NCBI RefSeq assembly: GCF_004010195.1
Contig: NC_057719.1
Coordinates: 88,548,333-88,610,675, forward strand
Direction of reading: 5' to 3'
Source of the DNA: Chiloscyllium plagiosum
Taxonomy: Eukaryota
DNA: 62,343 nt
The translations under genes and the position numbers were made by a program. The notes beneath the pieces were generated by a model that saw nothing but the letters and a program-made list of their open reading frames with translations, was not told the DNA's origin and searched no databases. Below are positions 25,975 through 39,624 of this stretch, piece by piece. The number at the start of each line of letters is the position of its first letter. Positions within the stretch are counted from its first letter, which is position 1.

Positions 25975-26956
25975 ATAAAATAGAGATTCACTTAGTATGC
26001 AGACCACTATTGTGTTTGATATACATTAATGATTTGGACCATAGTGGGCATGTTTTCACAATTTGCAGATAACACTTGACTGGGAAGTGTCATTAGCTCT
26101 GAAGGAGATAGTAAGACCCAGCTGGGCTGGTGACACATGGCTGCTGAAAAGCCTGAGGTGAGACATTTTGACAGGAAGAATAAAGAGCCAGTATAAACTA
26201 TGTGGTACAATTTTAATAGGAACACACTATATAAATAGTTGCAAGTGGCAGGACAGGTTAGTTAAAGCATCTGCCATCTAAGCTTTGTAAATAGTGGTTT
26301 AGTATGCAAAAGCCACAAACTTACCTTAAAAAAATAATTAGTTTGGCTCGAGCTGAAGTAATTGTCCAATTCTGGTCACCAAATTTTTAAGGACCAGGAA
26401 TTCCCTCCCTAAGGGTATTGTGGGTCATCCTACTGCAGCGGTGGACTGCAGCGGTTCAAGAAGGCAGCTCACCACCTCAAGGGCAATACATGGTAGTCCC
26501 AGCCAGTGATGACATGGTTCAGAACAGATTGATTGGAATTGATTGCAGAGATATGAGATTAGACTGGAGAAGCTGATGCTGTTCTCCATAAAGCAGAGAA
26601 AGTATGGGGAGATTTGACAGAGGTTTTTAAAAAATTAAATAAAAACTCCTGGAAGGATTTAGAATAGTAAACAAAGTAAAAGGTTTTTTTGTGGTTAAAA
26701 GGTCAGGGAGCACAGATTTAAGAAATTGAGAGAAGGGTGTTTCTCAAGAACAGTTGAGATTTGGAATGAGCCATCTAATAGGCTGGTATATTCTGATCCT
26801 TTGAAAAGATGTCCAGGTATTTACTTACAGAAATATTGGGAAGGAGTGGGAGAATGGAATTGCATTACTTTTCGAAAAGGTGATGCAGACTTAATGGGCT
26901 GAATTGAAAACAAGAGCTGAAGTAAAGTGATGAAGGGTCATCTAGAGTTGAAATGA

Positions 26957-27245
26957 TAGATTAGATTAGATTACTTACAGTGTGGAAACAGGCCCTTCGG
27001 CCCAACAAGTCCACACCGTCCCGCCGAAGCGCAACCCACCCATACCCCTACATTTTCTCCTTACCTAACACTACGGGCAATTTAGCATGGCCAATTCACC
27101 TGACCTGCACATCTTTGGACTGTGGGAGGAAACCGGAGCACCCGGAGGAAACCCACGCAGACACGGGGAGAACGTGCAAACTCCACACAGTCAGTCTCTG
27201 GCGTTGTGAAGCAGCAGTGCTAGCCACTGTGCCACCGTGCCGCCC
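26957..27245 (-). mobile_element. HE1 SINE (internal deletion) inserted in a Penelope-like fragment
   Basis: (agatt)n tail at 26957; flanks gtgatgaagggtcatctagagttgaaatg and ctctctctccacggatgctgcctgacc belong to one pLTR-like unit. Confidence 0.85.
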
Positions 27246-27976
27246 ACTTGCTCTCTCTCCACGGATGCTGCCTGACCCACTGTAATCTCCAGCATTTGTT
27301 GTTTTCAGTACCAATTTGCTCTTTCAATGTGCTGAATGCCTTCCTTTTGTGCTTTTCATTTTCTGATCCTAGAGTAAGGAATACAGAGTTAATATTGTAT
27401 CGGAAATGTATTTTTTGGAGTTAATGCCACATGGTATAGATCCCCAGAATAGCGGAGGAGAAATTCCCAGAATCCATTTATTCCCTATTAGAGTTCTTGT
27501 TACTGCCAAGAGCAGTTTGTGGGAAATGAGTAATTCATTTACAAGCGTTAATTTTAATGAAACTTCAATAGTAATTCAACATACACAATCTGATTTATTT
27601 TTTCATCAACTTTGTAATAAAAAAAATTGGTTAATTCAGAACAGAATTTGTTTCAATAAGAAATGATTCACCCCAGAGCTTCCCTGACAGGTCAGTTTAT
27701 TACAGCGGATTGTAGCAAATCTCCGAATTTAGCCCTGCCCAGAGGGGATGGATTAGGCACTGCCTAGGGAGGAGTAAAGGTCCAGCACCTTTGGTGGAAA
27801 TGGTAAAGGGAGGTTAGCCAGAGTTCTCCCTCTTGTAAATTATCTCTCGCCACCCCCCCCCCCCCCTCCCCCCCCAACTGTTGAAAGGAGACTATTGCAA
27901 GGGTTCAATTGAGCCAAACTGGACTCTTGTGCTATCAAATAATTTTGTCACCTTTACAAAATATCAAGAAAACTGA

Positions 27977-28331
27977 ATCATAGAATTCCTACAGTGTGCA
28001 AGGAGGCCATTCAGCCCATCAAGTCTACACCAACCCACTGAAGAGCATCTCACCTAGACCCAACCCCCACCCCCCCCAAATTATCCCTATAATCCTGCAT
28101 TTCCCATGGCTAATCCATCTGGCCTATACATTCCTGAACACTATGGAACAATTTAGCATGTCTAGTCCGCCTAACCTGCACATCTTTGGACTGTGGGAGG
28201 AAAACCGGTGCACCCAGAGGAAATACCCATGCAGACACGGTGAGAATGTGCAAACTCCACACCTTCGCCTGAGATTGAATCAAACTTAGGTCCCTGGCAT
28301 TGTGAGGCAACTGTGCTAACCACTGAGCCAT
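27977..28331 (-). mobile_element. HE1-family SINE
   Basis: Reverse copy. Confidence 0.8.
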
Positions 28332-29754
28332 TCTGAAGCCAATGTTTTCTGTCCACACTGCAACATCCGAGGTGCCTAGTCAATGCCTTTCCCCGGCAAC
28401 AGTCTCCAATGGAGTCAGTCTGTTCACAATCTGGTCTTTGCTTTGAGCTTCCAACTCATCACCAAATCCATCTTTAAAATCACTCAACTTCCCCCGTCTC
28501 AGTTTATTATTACTGAATCACTCCTCACCTTCTTCATCTCTATACTCGAACACAATGGTCACAGAGTAATACAGCACAGAAACAGACCCTTTGGCTCAAC
28601 TTGTCCACGCTGACCAGGTTTTCTAAATTGAACTACAGTCCTGTTTCACTGACCTTGGCCCGTTATCCCTTTTAAACCCTTCTTTTCCATGTATCTGTCC
28701 AAGTATTGTTTAAATCTTATAACTGTATCTGCCTCTACCACTTCCTCTGGCAGCTTCCATATGCGCACCACCCTCTGCGTAAAAGAAGTTGTCCCTCAGG
28801 CTCATTTAGTCTCCCACGAAGTTGAGGTTGTCCAAAACCCCACAGTGGGATGGTTGGGTGAACGGGGAGGAGAGCGGGAAATAGTCTTCAGGCAGTGCAG
28901 ACCCAATAGGGATTCTGTGAAAACTGTGCTGACCATAACTTTCATAAAGTCCTGTTTTCTTATCACCTTGCTGACTGACATGGGAAATGCAGAGTTATTG
29001 GGATGGGGTGGGGATGGGGTGGGGGTGGGGTCTGGATGGAATGCTCTTTGGTGGGTCTGTGTGAACTTGTTGGGCCGAATGGCCTGCCTTCATATCGTTC
29101 GGATTCAATACATTGGCTCCTGGTCAGGCACCATCTTAATTGTAAAACTCCCATTCTTGTTTTCATATCCCTCTACGAACTTCCCTCAGTTTTCTCGTAG
29201 AATCTCCTCCCTCCCTACAACTGAGATATGTGTTCCACTAATTCTGGCCTTGTGCGCGTTCTCAGTTATAATTCCTCCACTGATAGTGACTGTGCGTGGA
29301 GTTGCGTAGGCCCCCAGCTCTCTGTCTCCCTGCACCAATCTACCTCACTTTCTTCCAATGAGACACTTCTTAAAACATACCATTTTGACCAAGAGTGTAG
29401 CCACTTTACTTGAAATGTCCTTGCTTGCCTCCTTATGATCCTGTTAGAGAATGCTAACATTTAAGGATGAATTCAAATGCCCCAACTCAACTACAACACA
29501 ATGTCACATTCTTGACAAAGCTTATTGTATTTAGTTGAGTTAAACGATTCAAGTACTTATTTGTTTTTCAATAATTCCCCTACTACAAGAATCATATAAA
29601 CATATTAAGTATGAATAGAAGTAAACCATTTGTCTTCTCAAACCCACTTTGCCATTCAATAGGATCGTGACTGATCTCTTGTGTTCTGAGTTCTACATTC
29701 TTACTTACCCTCTAACCCTATCCAGCTCTGTCTTAAAAATATTCAATGACCCTT

Positions 29755-30750
29755 CCTGAAATTGGCAACACAAATGGATAAGGTGGTAAAGAAGACATAT
29801 GGCGTGCTTGCCTTCATCAACTGGGGCAGTGAATATAAAAGTTGGGAAGTCACGGTGCAATTATGTAAGACTTTGGTCAGGTCACATTCAGAATACTGTA
29901 TGTAGTTCTGGTCACCACATTACCAGGAAGAATGTGGAGGCAATAGAAAGGATGCAAACGTAGTTTACAGGATGTTGCCTCGACTGGAGTGTATAAGCTA
30001 TAAGGAGAGGTTAGACTAGAGGTTTTCACTAGAACATCAGAGGCCGAGGAGTGACCTGATAGAAGTATATAAAATTATGAGAGGCATCGATGGGGTGGTT
30101 AGCTGGAGTCTCTTTCCTGGGATAGGAATGTCAACTACTAGGGAGTGTGGGTTTAAGGTGAGAGAGGGAAAGTTTAAAGGAGGTGACCTTATAGAGGTTT
30201 ATAAAATCATAAAGGGTATGGATAGGGTAGATAGACAAGGTCTTTTCTCTTGGGCGGGGGTTGTCCAGAACTAGAAAGCTTAGGTTTAAAAGATTTAAAA
30301 GGCGCACAAGAGGCAAGTTTTTCACACAGATGGTAATGCATATATGGAATGAGCTACCAGAGCAAGTGCTGGAAACTGGTACAATTACAGCATTTAAAAG
30401 ACATCTGGATGGGTATATGAATCGGAAAGGTTTAGAGGGATATATGCCAAATGCTGGCAAATGGACTAGATTAATTTAGGATATCTGGTTGGCATGGACT
30501 GGTTAGACCGAAGGGTCTGTTTCCATGCTGTACATATCTACGACTCTGTGCAAGTAAGTTTTTTTTTTAAACAGTGTGTGATGAGTGTCTGGTTCAGCTG
30601 CCAAGGGAGATGGTAGAAGCAGATATGATAGCAAAGTTTGAGGCATTTAGACAGACACATGAACAGAAAGAGAATAGAGGGAATCAGGCCAGGTGCCAGG
30701 TGCAAGCACACAGAATTAGTTTAGAATAGCATCATAATCAGCATAGACAT
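29755..30750 (+). mobile_element. CR1 3' fragment containing a second nested CR1 3' end (about 30180-30550)
   Basis: The GDLIEVYKI motif occurs twice, with two successive 3' UTRs. Confidence 0.75.
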
Positions 30751-30754
30751 GCTC

Positions 30755-31730
30755 GGCTGTACAGCACAGGAACATGTTGTGCTGAACATGACGCCAAATT
30801 AAGCTAATCCCTTCAGCCTGCCTTTGGTCTATAGCCCTCTATTCCTTGGATATTCATGTTTATCTAAAAGTCCCTTAAATGCTACTATGTATCTGCCTCC
30901 ACCAGCACCTCTAGCAGTTCTAGACTCCGATCACACCCTGTGTTTAAAAACATACTTGCCTCTCATGTCTCCTTTGAACTTTCCTCCTCTCACAATAAAT
31001 GCATGCCCTAGTATTAGATATTTCAACTCTAGGAAACGGTTTCTGACTGTCAACTATATCTATGCATTTCATAATTTTATAGTCTTCTATCAAGTCTCGC
31101 CACAGCATCCGTTACTCCAGAGAAAACAACCTGAGTTTTTCTCGCCTCTCCTTATAGCTCATACTCTCTAATCCTGGTAAACCTCTTCTGCACTCTCTCC
31201 AAAGCCCTCCTGTAATGTGGCGACCCGAGTTGAACTCAATACTCTAAGTATGGCCTAACCAGTGTCTTATAAAGCTGCAACATGAAATTCTGACTCTTGT
31301 ACTCAATTCCCTGACCAATAAAGGCAAGCATGCCATATGCCTTGTTTTCCATCCGACCTATTTGTATGGCCACTTTCAGGCAGCTATGGACTTTAACCCC
31401 AGAATCCCTTTGTACGTCAATGCTGTTATTAATGGTATACTTTTCCTTAACATTTGATCTCCCAAAAATGCGGCATCTCGCACTTACCTGGATTAAACTC
31501 CATCTGCCATTTCTCGGCACATGTCTGCAACTGATCTATATCCCGCTGTATCCTATGACAACCTTCTACACTATCCACATCTCATCCAATGTTTGTGTCG
31601 TTTGCAAACCATCTTCTGGATGAGCCCACTATGAGGGACCTTGTCGAAAGCCTTACTAAAATCCATGTAGACAACATCCACTGCTCTACCCACCTTCTTC
31701 ACCTCCTTGAAAAATTCAATCAAGTTTGCA
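30755..31730 (-). mobile_element. CR1-clade LINE fragments
   Basis: [17 protein letters not shown] and LYKTLVRPYLEY remnants. Confidence 0.8.
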
Positions 31731-31906
31731 AAATATTGGGCCTTACACTGTGAAGGGAGCAAGGATTCAAAACTCTTGAAAGGTTCCATTGACGCTCGAA
31801 CTGACCAGTGCTGGATTACAAGACCAGTGCTCTAAACACTGAGCTACATTTTAATTGGCATGGACCAGTTTGGGCCAAAGAGCCTGACTCCATGCTGGAG
31901 GACTCT

Positions 31907-32230
31907 ATGCAGTGGCTCGATGGTTAACACAGCTGCCTTACAGTGCCATGTACCTAGGTTCGATTCCAGCCTCTGGTGGATGGGTGACTGTGGTGTTTGC
32001 ACATTCTCCCCATGTCTATGTTGGTTTCTGTTGGGTACTCCGGTTTCCTCCCACAAACCAAAGATGTATAGGTTAGGTACTTTCGCCATGTTAAATTTCC
32101 CTGTAGTATGCAGGTTGTGGATTAGCCATGGGAAATGTAGAGATGGTGGATCTGGGTGGGATACGTTTTGGAGAGTCAGTGCACACTCAATGGTCCAAAT
32201 GACCCCTTTCTGCAATGTAGGGATTCGATG
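31907..32230 (+). mobile_element. HE1-family SINE (diverged)
   Basis: Head, V-domain and tail recognisable. Confidence 0.75.
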
Positions 32231-32999
32231 TGAATAATTTGATTGTTATAGAGCTTATGACTCATCAGGATATACTATTGACTAACATTTTTTCATTTGG
32301 GAACTGCAATAAAAAGTTAAAATTATACATGAAGTAAGTAGAGATCCTCTGGAACTACCACCCATTGTTCAAATGTTCCTAATGTCAATGCTAACATTAT
32401 TGAAAACAAAACAATTACTTTTTAATTACAATAAACCCAGGCTTGTTTGAGTCTTATTTCTATCAAAGACGTGTTTCAGTTTTTCAACTGGATAAACTCA
32501 TTTATCTAATGTTAAAATTAATAGTTACACTCTGAAATTTGACTTCTGAACCAAGATGGAACTAGTGTTACATAATACTCCTGGGATGCATGTTTTGTTG
32601 CGATGTTTTGTTATGTTAAAGGTGCTACAAATTGATATTGAATCTTCAAGAAAATGCCAAGGTGTTTCAGAAATACATTGCCAATAGATACTGAAACTAA
32701 GTCAGAGGAGTAGACATTAGAATAGCTGATGACAATGTTGGTCAAAAAGAGAAAGGGGTGACTTTAAGGGAGTAAAGCAATGAAAAGATTTAAGGAGGAA
32801 AACCAGAGCTAAGGGACTGGATGGTTCAAGGCTCTTTCACCATAAAGGGAGTGGAGATACACAAGAAAACAGAGTTGGAGGAATGCCAACATCAGAGTGG
32901 ACTATTTGGCTGTAGGAAGTGCCTATCAAAACTGTGAGCCAGTACAATACTGTAGTGGTTACTGCCCTAGTAATTCAGAGAACTGATCTAATAACATAG

Positions 33000-33281
33000 A
33001 ATCAAAAAGAGGCCAATCAGCCCATTGAATCTGCACTGACCCTCCGAAAAACTTCTCACTTAGACCCAGCACACCTCACCCTGTCTCTGTAACCCTGTCT
33101 TTAGCTGGGCCAATACGCCTAACCTGCACATCTTTGGACTGTGGAAGGGAACCGGAGCACCTGGTGGAAACCCATGCAGATATGGGAGAATGTGCAAACT
33201 CCATACAGACAGTCGCCCAATGCTGGAATCGAACCTGGCTCCCTTGGCAGTAGTGCTAACCACTGAGCCTTCATTCCACCC
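33000..33281 (-). mobile_element. HE1-family SINE
   Basis: Reverse copy. Confidence 0.75.
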
Positions 33282-33659
33282 CTATATTTTAAAACTCTTC
33301 TTCTAAGATAAATTCAAAATGGGTTCAGTAATGCTGGAATATTTTAGTAAAAATGCAACTGAACAGTTAATCTCGTTCAGAGTCGGAGAACAGCCAACAT
33401 CACCTGTGTGTAACGTGTATCCCAGTTGTCAAAAGGACCATAATAACTTTTTAGATTGAGGTTTTCCTAACTTTGATGATTAATTCTTTCTAAAATTTCC
33501 TTTTTTTTCGTGCCACCCTCTCAGATATTGTAATGGTCGTCTATCGGGAAACTAAATGCGTGTTTTAATATGCAGTAATCAGCATAAAAATGTGCTAACC
33601 AGGAGCAGGGCTAGCCTGGCCAGCACCCTCTACCCTACTCTGCTATTCAGCAAGATCAG

Positions 33660-33940
33660 GGGAGGCAATGGACTAATGGTATTATCGCTAGACTGTTAAT
33701 CCAGAGATTCAGTTAATGTTCTGGGGACCTGGATTCAAATTGGAATTTGAATTAACAGTCTAACAATGACCCTGAATCCATTGTCGATTGTCAGACAAAC
33801 CTATCTGGCTCACCAATGACCTTTTAGGGAAGGTAACTGCCTGGCCTACATGTAACTCCAGACCTACACCAATGTGGTTGAATTTTAACTGCCCTCTGGG
33901 CAATTAGGTATGTGCAATAAATGCTGCCTTGCTGAGAATG
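33660..33940 (+). mobile_element. Second tRNA-derived SINE family (related pieces near 16540-16750, 41620-41945, 45390-45625, 47245-47420)
   Basis: Head ggaggcaatggactaatggtattatcgctagact, B-box-like ggattcaaat, conserved body tagggaagg...ctacatgtaactccaga...aactgccctctg, tail gcaataaatgctg. Confidence 0.65.
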
Positions 33941-34012
33941 ATAAAAGCAAAAAAGATTATGATTGTACCCTCAACTCCTCATTCCTGCCTACAACTGATT
34001 GGGGAGAGAGTT

Positions 34013-34963
34013 TATAGAACATAGAACATAGAAGAATACAGCGCAGTACAGGCCCTTCGGCCCTCGATGTTGCGCCGATCCAAGCCCACCTAACCTACAC
34101 TAGCCCACTATCCTCCATATGCCTATCCAATGCCCGCTTAAATGCCCATAATGAGGGAGAGTCCACCACTGCTACTGGCAGGGCATTCCATGAACTCACG
34201 ACTCACTGAGTAAAGAACCTACCCCTAACATCTCTTCCATACCAGGCAACATCCTGGTAAACCTCCTCTGCACCCGTTCCAGTGCCTCCACATCCTTCCT
34301 ATAGTATGGCGTCCAAAACTGCACACAATATTCCAGATGCGGTCGTACCAGAGTCTTATACAACTGCATCATGACCTCAGGAGTCCGGAACTCAATTCCT
34401 CTACCAATAAAAGCCAGTACGCCATATGCCTTCCTCACCGCACTATTTACCTGGGTGGCAACTTTCAGAGATCTGTGTACATGGACACCAAGATCCCTCT
34501 GCTCATCCACACTACCAAGTATCCGACCATTAGCCCAGTACCCCATCTTTTTGTTATTCTTCCCAAAGTGAATCACCTCACACTTAGCTACATTGAATTC
34601 CATTTGCCACCTTTCTGCCCAGCTCTGCAGCTTCTCTATATCCTGCTGTAACCTGCCACATCCTTCCTCACTGTCTACCACTCCTCTGACTTTCGTATCA
34701 TCCGCAAACTTGCTCACCTAACCTTCTAACCCCTCTTCCAGGTCATTTATAAAAATGACAAACAGCAATGGTCCCAAAACAGATCCTTGCGGAACACCGC
34801 TAGTGACGGCACTCCAAGATGAACCTTTGCTATCAACTACTACCCTCTGCCTTCTTCCAGCCAGCCAACTCCTAATCCAAACCTCCAACTCACCCTCAAT
34901 GCCATACCTCCATATTTTTTGCAGTAGTCTACCATGGGGAACCTTATCAAACGCCTTACTAAA
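34013..34963 (-). mobile_element. Young CR1-clade LINE 3' fragment with internal deletion
   Basis: Open [13 protein letters not shown]...[13 protein letters not shown]...SKFADDTK...; (atagaac)n tail. Confidence 0.9.
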
Positions 34964-34989
34964 AGTTTGAAAGATTTGCGACTGAAAAA

Positions 34990-35775
34990 GAATTCTCCAC
35001 ATCTTGGTCTGAAACAGGGTACCCTTTAAGCTATTCCAGTTCTACTCTCTCCCATAAGGAGTAAATTCCTTTTAGCATCCACCCTGCCAAGTCCCATCAG
35101 AATCTTTTTTTTATTTTTCAGTAAGATCAACCTTTCATTCTTCTAAACTCTAATGGGTTTAGGCTAAACCTATTCAACCTTTCCCTCTCAGATAATCTCC
35201 TCTCCATCCCAAGTATTAGTCAAGTTAATCTTCTCTGAATCGCTCCTAACATATTTATGTTTGTCTTAAGGAAGAAACCCAGAACTGTATACAGTGTTCC
35301 AGATGTGGCCTCACACCACTCTACACCACTGTAGCAAACATCCTTACTTTTATATTCCACTCCCTTTGAAATAAACAACAACATTGTATTTGCCTTCCTC
35401 ATCTCTTGTAATTGCACACTAAGGCTTTTTTGTGATTCAAATATAAGGACACCCAGAACCCCCTGTCACTCAGACTTCTTCAATCTTTCTCCATTCAAAT
35501 AATATGGTGTTTTCTACCAAAGTGGACAAGTTCATATTTTCTGACAATTATGTTCAATCTGCCAAATGTTTACCTGCTCAATTACCCTATCTATATCCCT
35601 TTGCAGACCTTCACAACTTACTCCCTTGCCTACTTTCATATTATCACCAAATTTGATTACTGTACATTCAGTTCCTTCAACCAAGTCGTTGATATAAATT
35701 ATAAATAACTGAGGCCACACCAGTGATCTCTGTGGCATATCACTTGTCATAACCTGAAAGTAATCCATTTATATC
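34990..35775 (-). mobile_element. Older CR1-type LINE fragment
   Basis: Decayed PQRSLVWPQLFIIYINDL...KFGDNMK. Confidence 0.7.
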
Positions 35776-36243
35776 CAGCAGTGGAATATGATGAATCCTC
35801 AATTGTTCAATGTATTTTGCCTTGCAAACAGACTTGAGGAACAAATATGATTATACTGACACAAATAGAAATCTCCCAACTGAATTCAACTCCAGCTGCA
35901 GATTGAATTAATGAACTGTGGCGTATGCTGAAAATCTGACAGTCTTTCAGTAGAAGGTGATTGTACCATTGTCATTTTATGAAAGGGAGCAGGTTGACAA
36001 AACTGATAAATAGTTCTGTGATACATGTACATTACTCAGAATGGAGCATAAAGTCACTTGTACTGTCAATCTTCCCATTTAGGTTAAAGACAAATGTTCA
36101 TTCATCTTGCAAAAAAACAGAAATATACAGACGTAAAAGGACCTGGAAAGTTTTTGACAGGTCTATTGCTGAAACGTCTTTCTGGTGAAGGAGAGAAATA
36201 TTTGTTGCACTTTTTAAACATATTACGTTTTAAAAAATATGAT

Positions 36244-36338
36244 GCAAAACAGAAATTGCTGGAAAAGCTCAGCAGGTCTGCCAGCATCTGTGGGAAGAAA
36301 TTAGAGTTAACGGTTTGGGTCCAGTGACCCTTCCTCAG
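36244..36338 (-). mobile_element. Penelope-like pLTR fragment
   Basis: Very similar to 6174-6268. Confidence 0.65.
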
Positions 36339-36461
36339 CAAGGACCCCAAAAAGTTAATTCACCACCTGCAGTTCTTTAGGTTTTCATTTTAAAATGATA
36401 CAAGGAAGAACAAAGAAAATTTACAGCCCAGGAAAAGTCCCTTTGGCTCTTCAATCCTGAG

Positions 36462-36592
36462 GAGAAAATGAGGTCTGCAGACGCTGGAGATCAAAGCTGA
36501 AACTTTATTGCTGGAACAGCACAGCAGGTCAGGCAGCATCTAGGGAACAGAAGATTCGACGTTTCGGGCACATGCCCTTCTTCAGGAAAGAA
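36462..36592 (-). mobile_element. Penelope-like short element
   Basis: 17-bp direct repeat ggctcttcaatcctgag (36445-36461 / 36593-36609); minus-strand core ctgaagaagggcatgtgcccgaaacgtc. Confidence 0.8.
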
Positions 36593-38132
36593 GGCTCTTC
36601 AATCCTGAGCCGATCCAAAAGTACTGTCTAAACCTATCGGTTAATTCTGAAGCATTTGTATCCCTCTGCTCCCCACCTACTCATACATCTGTCCAGACGC
36701 ATCTCTACCGTGCCTGCCTCTACCACCACTGCTGGCAACGCGTTCCAAATGCCCACCACCCTCTGTGTGCTTGCCACGTGCATCTCCCTTAAACTTTCCA
36801 TCTCTCACCTTGAAAGCGTGACCTCTCGTTATTGAATCCTTCACACTGGGGAAAAAGCTTGTCTCTATCCACCCTGTCTATATCCTTCATGATTTTGTAA
36901 ACCTCAATCAGATCCCCCCTCAATCTCCTTTTTTCTAGTGAAAATAAACCTAACCTACTCAATCTCTCTTCATAGCTAGCACTTTCCATAACAGGCAACA
37001 TCCTCGTAAACCTTCTCTGTACCCTCTCCAAAGTGTCCACATCCTTTTGGTAATGTGGCGACCAGAACTGTACACAGTATTCTAAGTGCGGCCCGAACCA
37101 ATGTCTTGTACAATTGTAACATGACTTGCCAGCTCTTATACTCAATACCCTCCAAGGAAGGCAAGCATACTATATGCCTTCTTGACCACTCTATCCACCT
37201 GTGCAGCAACCTTCAGGATACAATGGACCTGCATTCCCAGATCTCTCTGCCCATCAACCTTTCCCAAGGCTCTTCCATTCATTGTATAATTCACTCTAGA
37301 ATTAGACTTGCCTAAATGCATCACCTCACATTTGTCCGGATTGAAAGCCATCTGCCACTTTTCCACCCAACTCTCTAATCTATCTATATCCTCCTGTATT
37401 CTCTGACAGCCCCTTATGCTTTCTGCTACTCCACCAATCTTTGTGCCATCTGCAAACTTGCTGATCATATCAACAGTGCCCTCTTCTAGATCATTTATGT
37501 ATATCACAAACAACAGCGGCCCCAACACTGGCCCCTGTGGAACACCACCAGTCACCTTTCTCCATTTCGAGAAAGTCCCTTCATCTACTACTCTCTGTCT
37601 CTTGTTGCTTAACCAGTTCTTTATTCACCTAGCTAGAACACCCTGCCCACCATGCGACTTCACTTTCTCCATTAGTCTACAATTGGGAACCTTATCAAAC
37701 ACCTTACTAAAGTCCATGTATATGACATCAACAGCCTTTACTTCATCTAACAACGTGGTCACTTCCTTGAAGAACTTTATTAAGTTGGTAAGGCACGATC
37801 TCCCCCGCACAAAACCATGTTGCTTATCACTGATAAGCTCATTCTTTTCTAAATATAAATGGATCCTATCTCTCAGTACCCTCTTCAGCAACTTCCCCAC
37901 CACCGACATCAGGCTCACTGGTCTGTAGTTACCTGGAATATCCCTACTACCCTTCTTGTACAGGGGGGCAACATGAGCAACCCTCCAGTCCTCCGGCACC
38001 TCACCTGTATTTAAGGATGCCACAAAGATATCTGTCAGGGCCCCAGCTATTTCCCCTCTTGCCTCCCTCAGCAACCTGGGATAGGTCCCATCTGGTCCTA
38101 GGGATTTGTCCACCTTAATAACCTCTAGCATA

Positions 38133-38354
38133 GGAGGAAGTGAGGACTGCAGATGCTGGAGATCAGAGCTGAAAATGTGTTGCTGGAAAAGCGCAGCAGG
38201 CCAGGCAGCATCCAAGGAACAGGAGAATCGATGTTTCGGGCATAAACCCTTCTTCAGGAATCCTGAAGAAGGGCTTATACCAGAAACATCGATTCTCCTG
38301 TTCCTTGGATGCGGCCTGGCCTGCTGTGCTTTTCCAGCAACATATTTTCAGCTC
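38133..38354. mobile_element. Palindromic Penelope-like short element inside a CR1 LINE
   Basis: 14-bp TSD taacctctagcata (38119-38132 / 38355-38368); same family as 18573-18791. Confidence 0.85.
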
Positions 38355-38707
38355 TAACCTCTAGCATACCCAACACATCTTCCCTACTAATGTCAATGTG
38401 ATGAAGACTAATCAAACTTGTATCCCTAATCTCAAGACTCATCATGTTCCTCTCAGTGAACACTGATGCAAAATAATCATTCAGAATCTCACCCATTCTC
38501 TCAGGTTCGACACACAGCCTTCCTTCATTATTTTTTAGTGGACCAATCCTTTCTCTAGTTACCCGCTTGCTTCTTACATAAGAATAAAGTGCTATGGGAT
38601 ATTCCTTAATTCTGCTTGCTCAAGCTCTTTCATGACCCCTTTTAGCCCACTTGATTCCTTGTTTAAGACTTTTCTTACTCTTCCGCTATTCCTCCAGGGC
38701 CCGTTCT

Positions 38708-39015
38708 AGATTTTTAGATTTTTTCTTAGATTACTTACAGTGTGGAAACAGGCCCTTCGGCCCAACAAGTCCACACCGACCCACCGAAGCGCAACCCCTA
38801 CATTGACCCCTTTTAACCTAACACTACGGGCAATTTAGCATGGCCAATTCACCTAACCCGCACATCTTTGTGACTGGGAGGAAACCGGAGCACCTGGAGG
38901 AAACCCACGCAGACACGGGGAGAATGTGCAAACTCCATACAGTCAGTCGCCTGAGTCGGGAATTGAACCCAGGTCTCTGGCGCTGTGAGGCAGCAGTGCT
39001 AACCACTGTGCCACT
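38708..39015 (-). mobile_element. HE1 SINE nested in CR1, with 5-bp TSD
   Basis: Direct repeat gttct at 38703-38707 and 39016-39020. Confidence 0.85.
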
Positions 39016-39624
39016 GTTCTTAGCTGCCTAGATCTTATGTACGCTTCCCTTTTCCTCTTGGCTAGTTTATTTGGAAACATCTTAGTCACTTCGCAAGAGA
39101 GATTAGCTATGAATGTATGTGAATAAAAGAACTGTGAGGAAATAATTCCCTAGATTTGTGTGAATAAGTGAGTCTGTGTGTATATAGAAACAAATTGAGT
39201 CAGACAGTAACTTTTGGCGTCTGCACCATGTGCTTTTGAATGAGTGAATTTTTTCATTGAGACTAATGTTGTACATGAAAAGCTGGTGGAAGCAGAGTCT
39301 ATAAACCGTATTTGAAAGGGAATCAGACCTGAAGGTTGGGAACTTTAGTGTTACAGAAGAAAAGAAACAGGCGACACAGGGCCAATTGAACTGTTTTCAA
39401 AGATCCAGCAACACAATGGCAGTCGAAATGGCCTGTTGCTCTGCAGTCACGTTCTGCGATGGTATGATATACATGAAAACATTTTCTTGTGCTTGACGTA
39501 ACTACAGTTAACCTAACAGGCTTTATTCAATAAAATGTACTGAGACACCTTGATTACTTGAAGCTAAATATGAATTTGCTATCTGCTGTCTCAAAGTTGA
39601 GTCTGTTGCATAATGATGCCTATT

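Larger units (their letters stand above)
36403..39066 (-). mobile_element. CR1-clade LINE (ORF2 RT region) with nested Penelope and HE1 insertions
   Basis: Successive ORF fragments [44 protein letters not shown]. Confidence 0.9.

Noticed and set aside
28689..29309. 206-aa ORF
   Set aside because: Patchwork of CR1 tail, HE1 tail and L2-like sequence with no protein-like motif.
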